The notes under the pieces are model-generated. The model did not search any database. It saw only the letters and a program-made list of their open reading frames with translations, and was not told the origin of the DNA. Shown here in pieces: positions 8,141 through 19,100 of a stretch of DNA of 64,000 nucleotides. Source of the DNA: an uncultured bacterium (GTDB lineage Bacteria; Krumholzibacteriota; Krumholzibacteriia; JACNKJ01); contig CAVOFT010000001.1 in the NCBI GenBank assembly GCA_963695095.1, positions 2,624,001 to 2,688,000 of the forward strand, written 5' to 3'. The first letter of the stretch is position 1. Each line of letters opens with the position of its first letter. The translations under genes and the position numbers were made by a program.

Positions 8141-9633
8141 CGGCTCCCCTCCTGCCAGCGCCGCGCGCGATGCGCCAGCGCCCGCGCCAGCACGCTGAGC
8201 CGCTGGTCCCGCCGTGGACGGATCCTCCCAGTCGGCGCGCTCGCCGGCGCTGTCCAGATTGCCGATCTCGAGCATCAGCGCCGGCATGTCCAGTCCTTCC
8301 AGGATGGCCGTGCGCTCGCGCCGGATGCCGAGCTGGGGCCAGTCCGTGAGGACGCTGAAGGCCTGCTCGAGCCCGGTGGCCAGCTCCAGGCTGCTCTCGC
8401 TGTGGGCCGCCTGCACGGAGGCCCAGGGCCTGAGGCGCCTCGGCAGTCGGCGGCGGGTCCGCCGGCGCCTCGAGGATCATCTCCAGGCCGTCTTCGCCGC
8501 TCGCGCCGCGCCGCGTGAAGTGCAGGGAGAGGTAGAGATCCCCGCCCCCCACGTTGGCCGTCTGCACGCGGGCGCTGGGCGCGCGCTCGCGGTCGTCGCG
8601 CCGCGTCCAGAGGATCTCGAAGCCCTCGCGGCGCAGGTGAGGCTCCAGCCAGCCCGCCAGGCGCAGCGTCCAGTCCTTCTCGATCTGGCTGCCGCTCACC
8701 GCTCCCGTGTCCGGTCCGCCATGGCCGGGGTCCAGGATGATGCGCTCCAGGCGCTGCGCGCCGAGGGCCGAGCCGCGCCGCTCGGGCAGGGCGCCCGCAA
8801 AATCGGGCGCGATGAGTCCCGGCGCCAGCGGGGCATCCGCCGTCATCGCCCAGGTGAGGGCCACCGGGTCGCCGGCGCTGCGCAGCTCGCTCACCGGCCG
8901 GCGAAAGTAGAGCGTCAGGGTGGCGCCCTCGTCTCCCTCCTCGAGGCGGAGAGAATCCACCGGCGCCCGCGTCGGCAGGCGCTGCCAGTCGAAGGGCGCC
9001 AGGCGCCCGCCCGGGAAGCGCAGACGCAGGACGCTGTCCCCCGCGCGCTCGAGGCGGGGACTCAGGGGCTCCGAGAACTGGAAGACGCCGCGCAGGCGCT
9101 CCCCGCTGTAGACCCACTCGACGCTGAGCATGTTGACGTTGCGCAGGCCGCCGATCAGGCGCAGGGCCTGCTCGTCGCGGCGCAGGGGCAGATCGGGCAG
9201 CTCCTCGAGCAGGAGCGGCCAGAAGCTCAGCGGCAAGTAGAAGTGGCCGGCCGCGATCCGGCAGGGCGCGCCCAAGCGGCGCGGGCGGCTGTCCACGAAG
9301 ACCCAGGCCGAGCCGTCGGTGAGCTTGACGCGGTGGCCCGCCACGGCGAGCGAGACCTTGCGCGTCACGGGATCGAAGTAGCGATTGGCCTGCAGGATCT
9401 GCGTCGCATCCCAGAGATCGAGGTAGGCCTCCGCCTCGCCGGGCAGGCTGTAGAGCAGGAAGCTGCGGGCAGCGCGGCCCTGGCCGGGCAGGAACTCCAG
9501 GGTCTCGACGCTGAGAGCCGGGCGCCGCGTCGGGGGCCCCACCGCCGCGTCCTCGGCGAGCGCCGGGGCAGCCGCCAGCCAGCCGGCAAGCGCGAAGGCC
9601 GCAGGCGCGCAACCACCGAGTCCGCCCGCCCAT
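8137..9633 (-). CDS. N-acetylmuramoyl-L-alanine amidase (Amidase_3), split by apparent frameshifts
   Basis: IILDPGHGG, EKD, TRRDD, DLYLSLH in one frame, then PALMLEIGNL in another; frame changes near 9600, 8430 and 8200. Confidence 0.8.
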
Positions 9634-10094
9634 CACTCGCGCTCCCCCCGCCGCGCGCGGGCCAGCGAGCGCTCGGCGTCGCGCGTGGCGATGGTCTCGC
9701 GCTTGTCGTGCTTGCGCTTGCCGCGGGCCAGGGCCAGCTCCACCTTGGCCCAGCCGCCCTTGAAGTAGAGGCGCGTGGGAATCAGGGTGAGGCCCTTCTC
9801 CTGGATCTTGACCAGCAGCCGGCGGCGCTCCTTGGCATTCATCAGCAGCTTGCGCCGCCGCTCGGGCTCGTGCGCGGCCGTGCTCCCCTGCGCGTAGGGA
9901 CTGATGTGCAGGCCGATCAGCCAGAGCTCGCCCTCCTCGATGCCGGCATAGGCGTCCTTGATGGTCGCCTTGCCCGCGCGCAGGCTCTTCACCTCCGTGC
10001 CGACCAGGACCATGCCGGCCTCGAAGGTCTCGAGCAGCTCGTAGTCGAAGCGAGCCTTGCGGTTGACCGCGATGATTTTGATGTTTTCGCTCAT
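9633..10094 (-). CDS. smpB: SsrA-binding protein
   Basis: NRKARFDY, EAGMVLVGTEVKSLR, RRRKLL, LARGKRKHDKRE. Confidence 0.98.
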   Translation of the reverse strand: MSENIKIIAVNRKARFDYELLETFEAGMVLVGTEVKSLRAGKATIKDAYAGIEEGELWLIGLHISPYAQGSTAAHEPERRRKLLMNAKERRRLLVKIQEKGLTLIPTRLYFKGGWAKVELALARGKRKHDKRETIATRDAERSLARARRGERE

Positions 10095-10196
10095 GGGTGG
10101 GATCTCGATCGTGCACCGGGGCGCACCGGGACCGGCAGGCTAGCACTGCCCCTCGGGAGGCGCAAGGAAAAGGGCTGCGCGCGCGACCGCGGGCCC

Positions 10197-10225
10197 TTGA
10201 CAGGGCGCGGGCGCGGACCTAATCT
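10197..10225 (+). promoter_or_regulatory. Sigma70-type promoter of tRNA-Leu
   Basis: TTGACA-17 bp-TAATCT, 11 bp before the tRNA. Confidence 0.8.
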
Positions 10226-10236
10226 GCTTGCCGAGC

Positions 10237-10320
10237 GCCGAAGTGGTGGAATTGGTAGACGCGCTACGTTCAGGTCGTAGTGGGGGCAACCTCATGGGAG
10301 TTCGAGTCTCCCCTTCGGCA
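10237..10320 (+). tRNA. tRNA-Leu (CAG)
   Basis: GCCGAAGTGGTGGAATTGGTAGACGCGCTACGTTCAGGTCGTAGTGGGGGCAACCTCATGGGAGTTCGAGTCTCCCCTTCGGCA; anticodon CAG, long variable arm. Confidence 0.96.
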
Positions 10321-10421
10321 CCGTCCAGGGCGGCTTCTCCGGGCAGAGAGGCCGCCTTCTTCATTGCCGCGAGCCGACGCCGGCTCGCCCGCCGGCCCGC
10401 CCAGCTCGGAGCGATGCCCTG

Positions 10422-11267
10422 ATGGCCCTCAGCCAGGTTCTCCCCTTCGCCCTTCCCGGCGCCGACGGCTTCCCGCTGCGCGGCGACCTCCACTTGCCGG
10501 CCGGGCCCGCCGGGCCGCCCCTGCTCATCGTCCATGGCTTCAAGGGCTTCAAGGACTGGGGCTTCATGCCCCTGCTCGCGGCGCGCCTGGCCGAGGCGGG
10601 CTTTCCCGCCTGTCGCTTCAATCTCTCGGGCAGCGGGCTGGGCGAGGATCCCGAGCGCTTCAGCGAGCCGGTGCGCTTCGAGCGCAACACCTACAGCCAG
10701 GAGCAGCGGGATATCGCCCGTCTGCTGGACGCGCTGGCGGCGGGCGAGCTGGCCGGTCTCGCCGGCCCGGCGCCGCGCCTGGGACTCCTCGGCCACAGCC
10801 GGGGCGGCGGCGGCGCCATCCTCGCCGCGGCCCGCGACCCGCGCGTGGCCGCCCTGGTCACCTGGGCGGCCATCGCCCACGTGGATCGCTACGACGTGGC
10901 CACGGTCGCCGCCTGGCGCCGCCGCGGCTCCCTGCGCGTGGAGAATGCCCGCACCGGGGACGTCTTCGCGCTCAGCACGGACTTGCTGGATGACATCCTC
11001 GCCAACGCGGCGGCCCTGGACATCCTCGCCGCCGCCGGCCGGCTGGCCATCCCCACCCTCGTCGTGCATGGCGAGGAGGACGAGTCCGTGCCCGTCGCCG
11101 AAGGCGAGGCGCTCGCCGCGGCGCTGGGCGCGCGCGGCCGCTTCCTGCGCGTGGCGGGGACCGGACATACCTTCGGGGCCGTGCATCCGCCGCAGCCGCA
11201 GCCGCCCGCGGCCCTGGCGACCGTGCTCGAGGCCACCGTCGCCCACTTCGCATCAGCGCTGGCCTGA
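10422..11267 (+). CDS. Alpha/beta-fold hydrolase
   Basis: HGFKGFKDWG, GHSRGG nucleophile elbow, VHGEEDESVP, GHTFG. Confidence 0.9.
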   Translation: MALSQVLPFALPGADGFPLRGDLHLPAGPAGPPLLIVHGFKGFKDWGFMPLLAARLAEAGFPACRFNLSGSGLGEDPERFSEPVRFERNTYSQEQRDIARLLDALAAGELAGLAGPAPRLGLLGHSRGGGGAILAAARDPRVAALVTWAAIAHVDRYDVATVAAWRRRGSLRVENARTGDVFALSTDLLDDILANAAALDILAAAGRLAIPTLVVHGEEDESVPVAEGEALAAALGARGRFLRVAGTGHTFGAVHPPQPQPPAALATVLEATVAHFASALA

Positions 11268-11285
11268 GACTCCGCCCCGCGGCCT

Positions 11286-12260
11286 CTAGGCCTGGGGCTC
11301 GCGGTTGGCGAGCGCTGCGCGCGCATTGCGGGCGAGCCGCGTTTCGCCGGCGCGCATGAGGGCCGTCCCCGCGAAGCGGGCGAGGAAGGCGGCGCGGTCC
11401 AGGCTCAGCAGCTCGGCGAGCAGGGGCCGCTGCAGGCCCGGGCGCGGAGCGAAGTCGGCCTCGCGCGTCGGCGGGGCCTCGCGATTCCAGGGGCAGACCT
11501 CCTGGCAGATGTCGCAGCCGAAGACATGCTCGCCCAGCAGCGCCGCCTCGCCGGGGGCGAACTCCCCCTTCGTCTCGATCGTGAGCGTGCTGATGCAGAG
11601 CCTCGCGTCCAGCCAGCCCGGGCGCTCGGGCGCGAGCGCGCCCGTGGGGCAGGCCTCCAGGCAGGCCGTGCAGCGGCCGCAGCGCTCGGCGACGGGACCG
11701 TCCGGCGGCAGCGCGAGGTCGGTGATCAGCGCGCCCAGGAAGGTGTAGGAGCCCAGGCGCTCGTCGATGAGCAGGGTGTTCTTGCCGATCCAGCCCAGGC
11801 CCGCCCCCGCCGCCAGCGAGCGCTCGAGCAGGGGCGCCGAGTCGACGCAGACGCGGCTGCGCTGCGCCCCCCAGTCCCGCGCCAGCAGGGCGGCCGCTTG
11901 CTTCAGCTTGCCCCGCAGCACCTTGTGGTAGTCCCGGCCCCAGGCATAGCGGCTCACCCAGCCGCGGCCCGCCTCGCGCGGGGCCAGGCTGCCGGGATCC
12001 GGCACGTGGTAGTTCAGCGAGACGAGAACGAGGCTGCGCGCTTCCGGGAGCAAGGCGGCCGGATCGCGCCTCGCCTCGCGCTGCCGCTCGAGGTAGGCCA
12101 TGGGCCCGGCATGGCCGCGCGCCAGCCACTCGTCGTAGCGGGCGTGGTCGGCGACGGGACCGGCGCGGGCAAAGCCCACGCGCTCGAAGCCGAGGGCGAG
12201 CAGGGCGCTCCTCAGGCGCGCTGCGGCCTGGGGATCGAGAGCGGCGGCTTCAGCGGCCAT
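11286..12260 (-). CDS. queG: tRNA epoxyqueuosine(34) reductase
   Basis: SRYAWGRDYH, VDSAPLLER, GWIGKN, CGRCTACLEACPTGA, FGCDICQEVCPWN. Confidence 0.95.
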   Translation of the reverse strand: MAAEAAALDPQAAARLRSALLALGFERVGFARAGPVADHARYDEWLARGHAGPMAYLERQREARRDPAALLPEARSLVLVSLNYHVPDPGSLAPREAGRGWVSRYAWGRDYHKVLRGKLKQAAALLARDWGAQRSRVCVDSAPLLERSLAAGAGLGWIGKNTLLIDERLGSYTFLGALITDLALPPDGPVAERCGRCTACLEACPTGALAPERPGWLDARLCISTLTIETKGEFAPGEAALLGEHVFGCDICQEVCPWNREAPPTREADFAPRPGLQRPLLAELLSLDRAAFLARFAGTALMRAGETRLARNARAALANREPQA

Positions 12261-12298
12261 GGAGGCTCCAGGGCGCCGGACCGGCGCCGCCCCGCCAG

Positions 12299-13141
12299 CT
12301 AGAGGCGGAGGGCGAGGCCGGCCTCCGGCACGAGGGCGCGATAGAGCGCCTTGATGTCGTCTCGCGGCAGCCGCAGCGTGATCACCGTCTCGTGCGGGGG
12401 CAGCTCGCGCTGCACGAGAGCCGTGAAGGCCGCCCAGGCCTCGTCCTTGCGCGCCTGCCGGCGCTGGTCCTGCTCGGCCTTCAGGGCCGCCGGCGCCGGC
12501 GTTTCGAGCTGGCGCAGGTCCAGGGTCAGCCCGCCGTCGATGCGCAGGACATAGTGCAGGTCCGGCTCCTCGGGCTCGAGCTTGCGCGGCCCCGCCTGCT
12601 GCGCTTCGAGCGTGTCTTTGGGCGCGATCTCGATGCGGATCGGCTCCTTCGGCAGGGTGGCCACTTCGCCGAGGATGCCGAAGGGGCGCGCCAGCCGCTC
12701 GCGGAACTCGCGCCGCTGGAGCCGCCGGCCGACGAGAGCGCCGCGCTCGATGCCCGCCAGCTTGCAGCGCCTGACGGCGACGCCGCGAATCTCGAGGATG
12801 GCCAGGCTGTCCACCAGGTCCACGGCCAGACAGGGCACGCCCCGTCCGGACAGCTCCACGCGGGCCTTCCAGAAGGCCTCGTCGAGGATCAGCCGCAGGG
12901 CTTCGCCGCGGGGGGCGGCGGCGTCGGGCGCTTCCGGGCTCCCGGCCGCCAGGATGGCCGCCACGGGCTTGCGCACGGCGAGCAGGTAGGCCGCCGCCGT
13001 CGGGATGGCTGCGATGAGGAGCATCAGGAGCAGCGCGGCCAGCCAGCGCCAGCGGCGCCGCGGCCGCCGCGGCGGGGCAGCGCCACCGCCTCTCGGCTCG
13101 GCCATCGGGCGGGTCGCCTTGTGCACGCGCTCGTCCCCCAT
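12299..13141 (-). CDS. Membrane-anchored protein, probable catalytically inactive YkuD-like paralogue
   Basis: ATG overlaps the upstream stop (TGATG); N-terminal TM helix; C-terminus aligns by eye with the neighbouring L,D-transpeptidase but has no HGC motif. Confidence 0.65.
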   Translation of the reverse strand: MGDERVHKATRPMAEPRGGGAAPPRRPRRRWRWLAALLLMLLIAAIPTAAAYLLAVRKPVAAILAAGSPEAPDAAAPRGEALRLILDEAFWKARVELSGRGVPCLAVDLVDSLAILEIRGVAVRRCKLAGIERGALVGRRLQRREFRERLARPFGILGEVATLPKEPIRIEIAPKDTLEAQQAGPRKLEPEEPDLHYVLRIDGGLTLDLRQLETPAPAALKAEQDQRRQARKDEAWAAFTALVQRELPPHETVITLRLPRDDIKALYRALVPEAGLALRL

Positions 13142-13803
13142 CAGTAGATGTAGACCGGCGAGCCCACGGCGAGGCTCTCGTAGATGACTTCCAGGTCGGC
13201 GTCGCCCAGGCGGATGCAGCCGTGGGTAACCGGCTGGCCGAGCAGGCGCTGGTAGAGCGTGCCGTGAATGAGATAGCCGTCGCCGATGCTCATGGCGTAG
13301 TCGCCCAGCACGTTGGGCTCGTAGCGCTCGCGCGCCCCGGGCCCGGGCACCGGCAGGCCCTCCTCGATGAAGGCCCAGTCGGGCTTGACCCACACGGGGC
13401 TGGTCTTCTTCAACTGGATGAAGTAGCGACCGCGCGGCGTGCGGAAGATCCACTGCCGATCGTCCTTGGCCTTGAGCATCACGTAGCTGCCCGTCGAGCA
13501 GACGCCGTCGCGCAGGACCCGCGTGCCCGTCATCAGGGCGAAGCGATTGCCCGGCGTGTCGATGACGAGGTAGTTGCGCCGCGGCGTGAGCGCGGCGTGC
13601 CGGCGCTCGAGGTCGCGGATGCGCGCGGCGCGTTGCTTCAATTCGGATGCCCTGGCTTCCTGCGCCGGCACCTCGCTGCGGGCGACGCCCCGCGCCAGCA
13701 GCCGCTCGCGAAGGGAGGGCGCCCAGAGCAGGATGGCGGCGGCGGCGGCGAGGCCGAGCAGGGCCGCGATGAGCACGGTGAAGGTTCTAAGACCAGGCCC
13801 CAT
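13141..13803 (-). CDS. L,D-transpeptidase (YkuD family)
   Basis: ATG at 13803; N-terminal TM; TPRG, PVWVKPDW, YLIHGT...THGCIRL catalytic motif. Confidence 0.92.
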   Translation of the reverse strand: MGPGLRTFTVLIAALLGLAAAAAILLWAPSLRERLLARGVARSEVPAQEARASELKQRAARIRDLERRHAALTPRRNYLVIDTPGNRFALMTGTRVLRDGVCSTGSYVMLKAKDDRQWIFRTPRGRYFIQLKKTSPVWVKPDWAFIEEGLPVPGPGARERYEPNVLGDYAMSIGDGYLIHGTLYQRLLGQPVTHGCIRLGDADLEVIYESLAVGSPVYIY

Positions 13804-13814
13804 GTGCGCCGTCC

Positions 13815-15011
13815 TCAGCGGGAGGCGGAGCTGCGGGCCTTCGCCGCGCGGGACTCCGCCCCGTTGGCGGGGGGCGCCAGGGCGCCGACGATGAGCACGG
13901 GCGTGCCCACCTGGGCGAGGGCGAACACCTTGTCCATGTGCTCGTTGCGCAGGGCAACGCAGCCCTCGGTCCAATCGGCGCCGCGGCCGCCGTGCCCGTG
14001 GATTTCGATGAGACTGCCGGGAGAGGCCCCGGCGGGAATCTCGCCGCGCTTCTTGGCGGCCCGCAAGCGCGCCAGGTCCGCCTCGTTCGGGTAGTCGATG
14101 TCCAGCGCCTTGTAGTACTTCGTGCTGCCGGGGCCGCGCTTGCGCTTGACCTTGTAGCGGCCCTCGGGCGTCGCCTTGTCGCCCCGCATGCGCTTGGTGC
14201 CGACCCAGTTGGTGCTCAGCTCCACGGGATAGCTGGCCGCCAGCCGGCCGCCCTGGTAGACGCGGCAGGAGCGGCCGAGCTTGTCGACGATGATGGCCGT
14301 GGCCTGGCTGCGCTTGGACCAGGCGATGGTCTCGGCGGCCTCGGCCTGCCAGCGGGGCAGCGCGTCGAGGTAGCCACCGAACTCCCGATGCGCCGACTTG
14401 GCGGCCCCGCCGATCGAGGCCTCCGCCTCGGCACCCAGCTTGGCGGCCTCGGCGAGATCGCCGCGCTCGAGCGCGCGCTGGCTGCGGCCGAGGAGCACGC
14501 GGCCCTCGGCGGCGCGCCGGCGCAGGGAACTGCGCAGGGGCAGCTCTCCGAACTCGGCCTGATAACCTCCCAGCAGCTCCTGGCTCCTCGCGATGCGCCG
14601 GTCGGCCAGGGCGCGCAGGGAGTCCTGCACAGCGAGCGAGTGCGTGCTGGCCTGGCCGGCCAGCCGCAAGGCGTCGAGGGCGTTCGTACGCGCGGCCTCG
14701 AAGTCCCGCAGGGGACGCCAGCGAGTGTTCTCCATTTGCCAGGAGATCTTGGCCGTGGCGAGGGCCGATTCGGCGCTGGCCAGGGGCACCGGCGCGTAGC
14801 GCTCCGCGCGGTCCTCGTGCGCCTGCCCCACCGCCTGCGCCGCCCGCTCCACGAGGGCAAGGGGCGGACGCTCGGCGGTGAAGTAGGCCACGCAAACGAC
14901 AATGGCCCCGAGGACGCCGAAGATGGCGGCGACGAGGCCAAGAAGTCGCCCGACGCGGCGATGTCCGCCCCCGGCCTTGCGGCCGGGGGTTCGATCACCG
15001 CGACCAATCAA
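13815..15011 (-). CDS. L,D-transpeptidase-family protein (YafK/DpaA-like domain) with helical N-terminal stalk
   Basis: IIVDK, KRMRGDKATPEGRY, YYKALDIDYPN, IEIHGHG...WTEGCVAL; TTG start overlapping the upstream stop (start uncertain). Confidence 0.88.
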   Translation of the reverse strand: MIGRGDRTPGRKAGGGHRRVGRLLGLVAAIFGVLGAIVVCVAYFTAERPPLALVERAAQAVGQAHEDRAERYAPVPLASAESALATAKISWQMENTRWRPLRDFEAARTNALDALRLAGQASTHSLAVQDSLRALADRRIARSQELLGGYQAEFGELPLRSSLRRRAAEGRVLLGRSQRALERGDLAEAAKLGAEAEASIGGAAKSAHREFGGYLDALPRWQAEAAETIAWSKRSQATAIIVDKLGRSCRVYQGGRLAASYPVELSTNWVGTKRMRGDKATPEGRYKVKRKRGPGSTKYYKALDIDYPNEADLARLRAAKKRGEIPAGASPGSLIEIHGHGGRGADWTEGCVALRNEHMDKVFALAQVGTPVLIVGALAPPANGAESRAAKARSSASR

Positions 15012-15616
15012 CGCTTGCCCATCGTCTTCTTTTCGATGGCCGCGGTCAGCTCGGCGCTGATGGCCTTGACCGTCTCGGTGGCCGCCCGCGCGGTGTCCCG
15101 AGCGCCGAAGTAATCAGCCGCGGCCCGCGAGGCCTGCGCCGTCACCAGCGCCTGCTCCACGGCCGCGATCTCGCCCTTCATCGCCTCGAGGACGGCAGCG
15201 CCATCCTTGCCGCGGGGGGCCTTCTCGATCAGGGCCTTCGCCTCGGCGATGGCCGCTTCGAGCATGGTGATCGACTCGGCGGACTCCGCCATCACGCGCG
15301 CCTTGTTCTCGGCCGCCATGCGCACCGAGGACTCGGCCATGCCGCGCGCGCTGATCAGCCGCTGCTCGGCGAGATCGTACTTGCGCGTGAACATGTTCTT
15401 GGAATTCTGCTTCTCGATCTCGGTCATCGCGGCCTCGAGCGAATCGCTGGCAGCGCGGAACTGCTCGGGCGCATACAGAGGCGCCTCGGCCACGCGTGCC
15501 GAATCAACGGCAGAGCGCGCGGCAGTGACTGCCTCCTGGGGAACCTTGGCGCAGCCAAGGGCCAGCAGGCCCAGCGCCATGCTCAGGCCCCAGACGCGCA
15601 GTAGGTTCTTGGACAT
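15008..15616 (-). CDS. Ala-rich helical lipoprotein (DUF4398-like)
   Basis: GGAGG RBS, ATG at 15616, lipobox LALGC, EAPLYAPEQF motif, coiled-coil-like composition. Confidence 0.8.
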   Translation of the reverse strand: MSKNLLRVWGLSMALGLLALGCAKVPQEAVTAARSAVDSARVAEAPLYAPEQFRAASDSLEAAMTEIEKQNSKNMFTRKYDLAEQRLISARGMAESSVRMAAENKARVMAESAESITMLEAAIAEAKALIEKAPRGKDGAAVLEAMKGEIAAVEQALVTAQASRAAADYFGARDTARAATETVKAISAELTAAIEKKTMGKR

Positions 15617-16131
15617 CTGCACACCTCCCTGGACCCGGGTTCTGAGGTGCCCGGGCCAAAAAAAAAGCACAGCCGCAGTGGCTACGCCTGAGAATTATGC
15701 CTCCCGCCGGAAGCGGCGGCGTTTGAATGGTGGGCATGGTATAGCGGATTCCCAGAAATGCAAGATGTTCCTTTTCGCCTTCCGCCAGAGACCCACCGTC
15801 GACGATCCATCACGAGGGACATCCTAGCGGGGATCCGCAGCTTCGACCAGAAGAAATGCTCAGGCCGAGAAGCGCTGAGGGGAGCGCTGGGAAGCGTCGA
15901 CCCGACGCCGGGAAGAGCGGCGCCTGGAACCTCGATTCCTATATATCATGCGTGTATCAATCATGGCGGACAGCCGCAACTCGCAGCCACGCCAGCCCTT
16001 CGCCGCCCAGCACCGAGTTGAAGGTGACTGCGTGGCTGTGCCCGGTGCCGTCGGGCTGCAGGTGGCGAGGAGCCCCGCCTTGGCCAGGAATCCACATCTG
16101 TCCAAGCTCGCCTCCCGCCGGACTCGCCCGG

Positions 16132-19100
16132 CTAGCTGGCGCTGGGGCGGCCGCCGGGCAGGGCCAGCGCCTGCTCCCCGCCCGCTGCCGCCAGGGATGC
16201 CGGCGCCGCCGGCTTCTCCTCGATGCCGATCGCCTCGGCCCGCGTGAAGCGCGCGAGCAGGCTGTAGACCACCGGCACCACGACCAGCGTGAGGAAGGTC
16301 GAGAAGAGGATGCCGCCGACGATGGCGATGCCCAGCGGCTGGCGCGATTCGGCGCCTGCGCCCAGGCCCAGCGCGATGGGCAGGATGCCGAAGACGGTCG
16401 ACAGGCTGGTCATCAGGATCGGGCGCAGGCGGATCCGCGCCGCCTCCTGCACCGCCGCGAGGATCGACTCCCCCCGCCCGCGCAGCTGGTTGCTGAACTC
16501 GACGATGAGGATGGCGTTCTTCGTCACCAGGCCGATCAGCATGACGAGACCGATCTGCGAGAAGATGTTCAGGCTCTGGCGCAGCACGAAGAGCGAGACG
16601 ACGGCGCCGACCAGGGCCAGCGGCACGGAGAGCAGGATCGTGAAGGGGTGCACGAAGCTCTCGAACTGCGCCGCGAGGACGAGGAAGATGAAGACGAGCG
16701 CCAGCAGGAACATGAAGGCGAGACTGCCGCTGCTCTCGCGGTACTCGCGCGACTGCCCGGCCAGCTCGGTGCGGATTCCGGCCGGCAGCTCCGTGCGCGC
16801 GATCTCGTCGAGCGCGCCCAGGGCGCTGCCGAGATCGACGCCGGGGGCGAGGTTGGCGGTGATCGTCGCCGAGCGCTCGCGGTTGTAGTGGTTGAGCGAC
16901 TTGGGCGCCGGCGTCTCCTCCACGCTGACCAGGTTCGCCAGCGGAATCAGCTCGCCGCCGGCCGCGCGCAGGTGGATCTCGCGGATGACATCCGGAGTTG
17001 CGCGCTGACTCGCGCGCAGCTGGGCGATGACGTCGTACTGCTCGGTGCCCTGCTTGAAGTCGCCGATCACCCGGCCGCCGAGGAAGGTCTCCAGGGTGCC
17101 GCCGATGTCGGCGACGGAGACGCCGAGGGCCGCCGCCCGCTCGCGCTCGATGTTGATCTCCAGCTGGGGCTTGTTCAGGCGCAGGTCGCTGTCCAGGTTG
17201 ACGAGGTAGCCGAGCCCCTGGGCCTTGGCCATGAAGCTCTGCACCGCGGTGTTCAGCTCATCGTAGCTGTCCGCCTTGAGCACGTAGCTGATGGCCGAGG
17301 AGCTGCCGCGCCCGGCGAGGCTCGGCGGATTGACGACGAAGGCCAGCACGCCGGGGATGCCCATCAGGCGCGGAAAGAGCGAGGCGACGATCTCCTGCTG
17401 CGAGCGCTCGCGCTCCGCGCGCGGCTTGAGCGAGAGGAAGAGGAAGCCGTTCGTCACGCTGCCCGGCCCGCCGAAGCCCAGGCCCGTGGCGCTGAAGAGG
17501 CCGCGGCGTTCGGGCAGATCCAGGAGCACCGCTTCGATCTGGCGCATGTTGCGGTCCGAGTACTCGAGCGTGGCGCCTTCCGGCGCGATGACGATGCCGA
17601 AGCCGACGCCGCGATCCTCGACGGGCACCAGCTCGCGGGGCAGCCGCTGCCAGAGCCAGCCGGTGCCGGCGAGCAGGAGCAGCGCCAGGGCGAGCACCAG
17701 CGGCCGGTGCGCCAGCGCGAAGCGCAGCGTCGCGGCGTAGGCCCCGTCCAGCCAGCGGAAGAAGGCCTCGAAGGAGCGGTCGCTCCACTTGCGGCGCCCG
17801 TCGCGCTCGGCGCGACGGAGCATCACCGAGCAGAGCATCGGCGTCAGGGTCAGCGCCACGAAGGTGGAAATGGCCACGGCGACGGCCAGGGTAAGGCCGA
17901 ACTCGCGGAAGAGGCGGCCCACCGAGCCGGTCAGGAAGGCCACCGGGATGAAGACGGCGACGAGCACCACCGAGGTGGCGATGACGGCGAAGACGATCTC
18001 GTCCATCGCATCGCGCGCAGCCACGCGCCGCGGCTTGCCCATCTCGAGGTGGCGGAAGCTGTTCTCGAGCACGACGATGGCGTCGTCGACCACCAGGCCG
18101 ATCGCCAGCACCAGCGCGAGCAGGGTGATGATGTTGATCGAGAAGCCGAGGGCGAAGGCCACCGTGAAGGCGCCGATGATGGCGATCGGGATGGCCACGA
18201 TCGGGATCAGCGTCGCGCGCAGGCTCTTGAGGAAGAGCAGCACGATGAGCACCACGAGGCCCGTGGCCAGCAGCAGCGTGCTGCCGATCTCGTTGATCGA
18301 CTCCTCGATGAAGGTGGCGGAGTTGTAGGCCGTCTCCAGCTGCATCCCCGCCGGCAGGCTCGCCTGCAGCTCGGGCAGCGCTGACTGCACGGCCTTGCCG
18401 ACGGCGACCGTGCTCGCCTCCTTCTGCTTGACGATGCCCAGGCCGACGGCGGGCTGCCCGTTGAAGCGCGTGATCGTGCGCTCGTCCTCGGGGCCGATCT
18501 CGATCTCGGCCACGTCGCCCAGGCGGACGAGATTGTCGCCTTGCTGGCGGACGATGATCGCCGCGAATTCCTCGGGGCTGTGCAGCTCGCCGCGCGTGCG
18601 CAGGGGGAACTCCCGGCCTGTGCCCTCGATGCGGCCGGCCGGCGTCTCGATGTTCTCGGTGCGGATCGCGCGCTCCACGTCCTGGCTGGTGAGCCCGCGC
18701 GCCATCATGCGCTGCGGATCCAGCCAGATGCGCATCGCGTAGCGCCGCTCGCCGCCGATGAACACGGTGCCGACGCCCGGCACCCGCTGCAGGCGCTCCT
18801 TGAGCACGCGATCGGCCACTTCCGAGAGCTCGAGCGTGGAATGGCGGTCGCTGAGGAAGGCCAGCCAGATGATGGGCTGCGCGTCGACGTCCACCTTGGC
18901 GACGACGGGGTCGTCCGCCTCGCGCGGCAGGCGGCCGCTCGCGCGCGAAACGCGGTCGCGCACGTCGTTGGCGGCCACGTCGACATCGCGATTCAGCTCG
19001 AACTCGATCGTGATGCGCGAGCCCTGCTCGAGGCTGGAGCTGGTCAGGCTCTTGACGCCCTCGATCGTGGAGAACTGCTCCTCGAGGACGTTCGTGATCT

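Noticed and set aside
7529..8416. Apparent amidase C-terminus fused to GerMN
   Set aside because: GerMN has its own ATG and lipobox at 8140 with an ATGA overlap; the fusion follows from an apparent indel near 8200.
416..10323. None of the four tRNA genes encodes a complete CCA end
   Set aside because: Common in many bacteria; CCA is added enzymatically.
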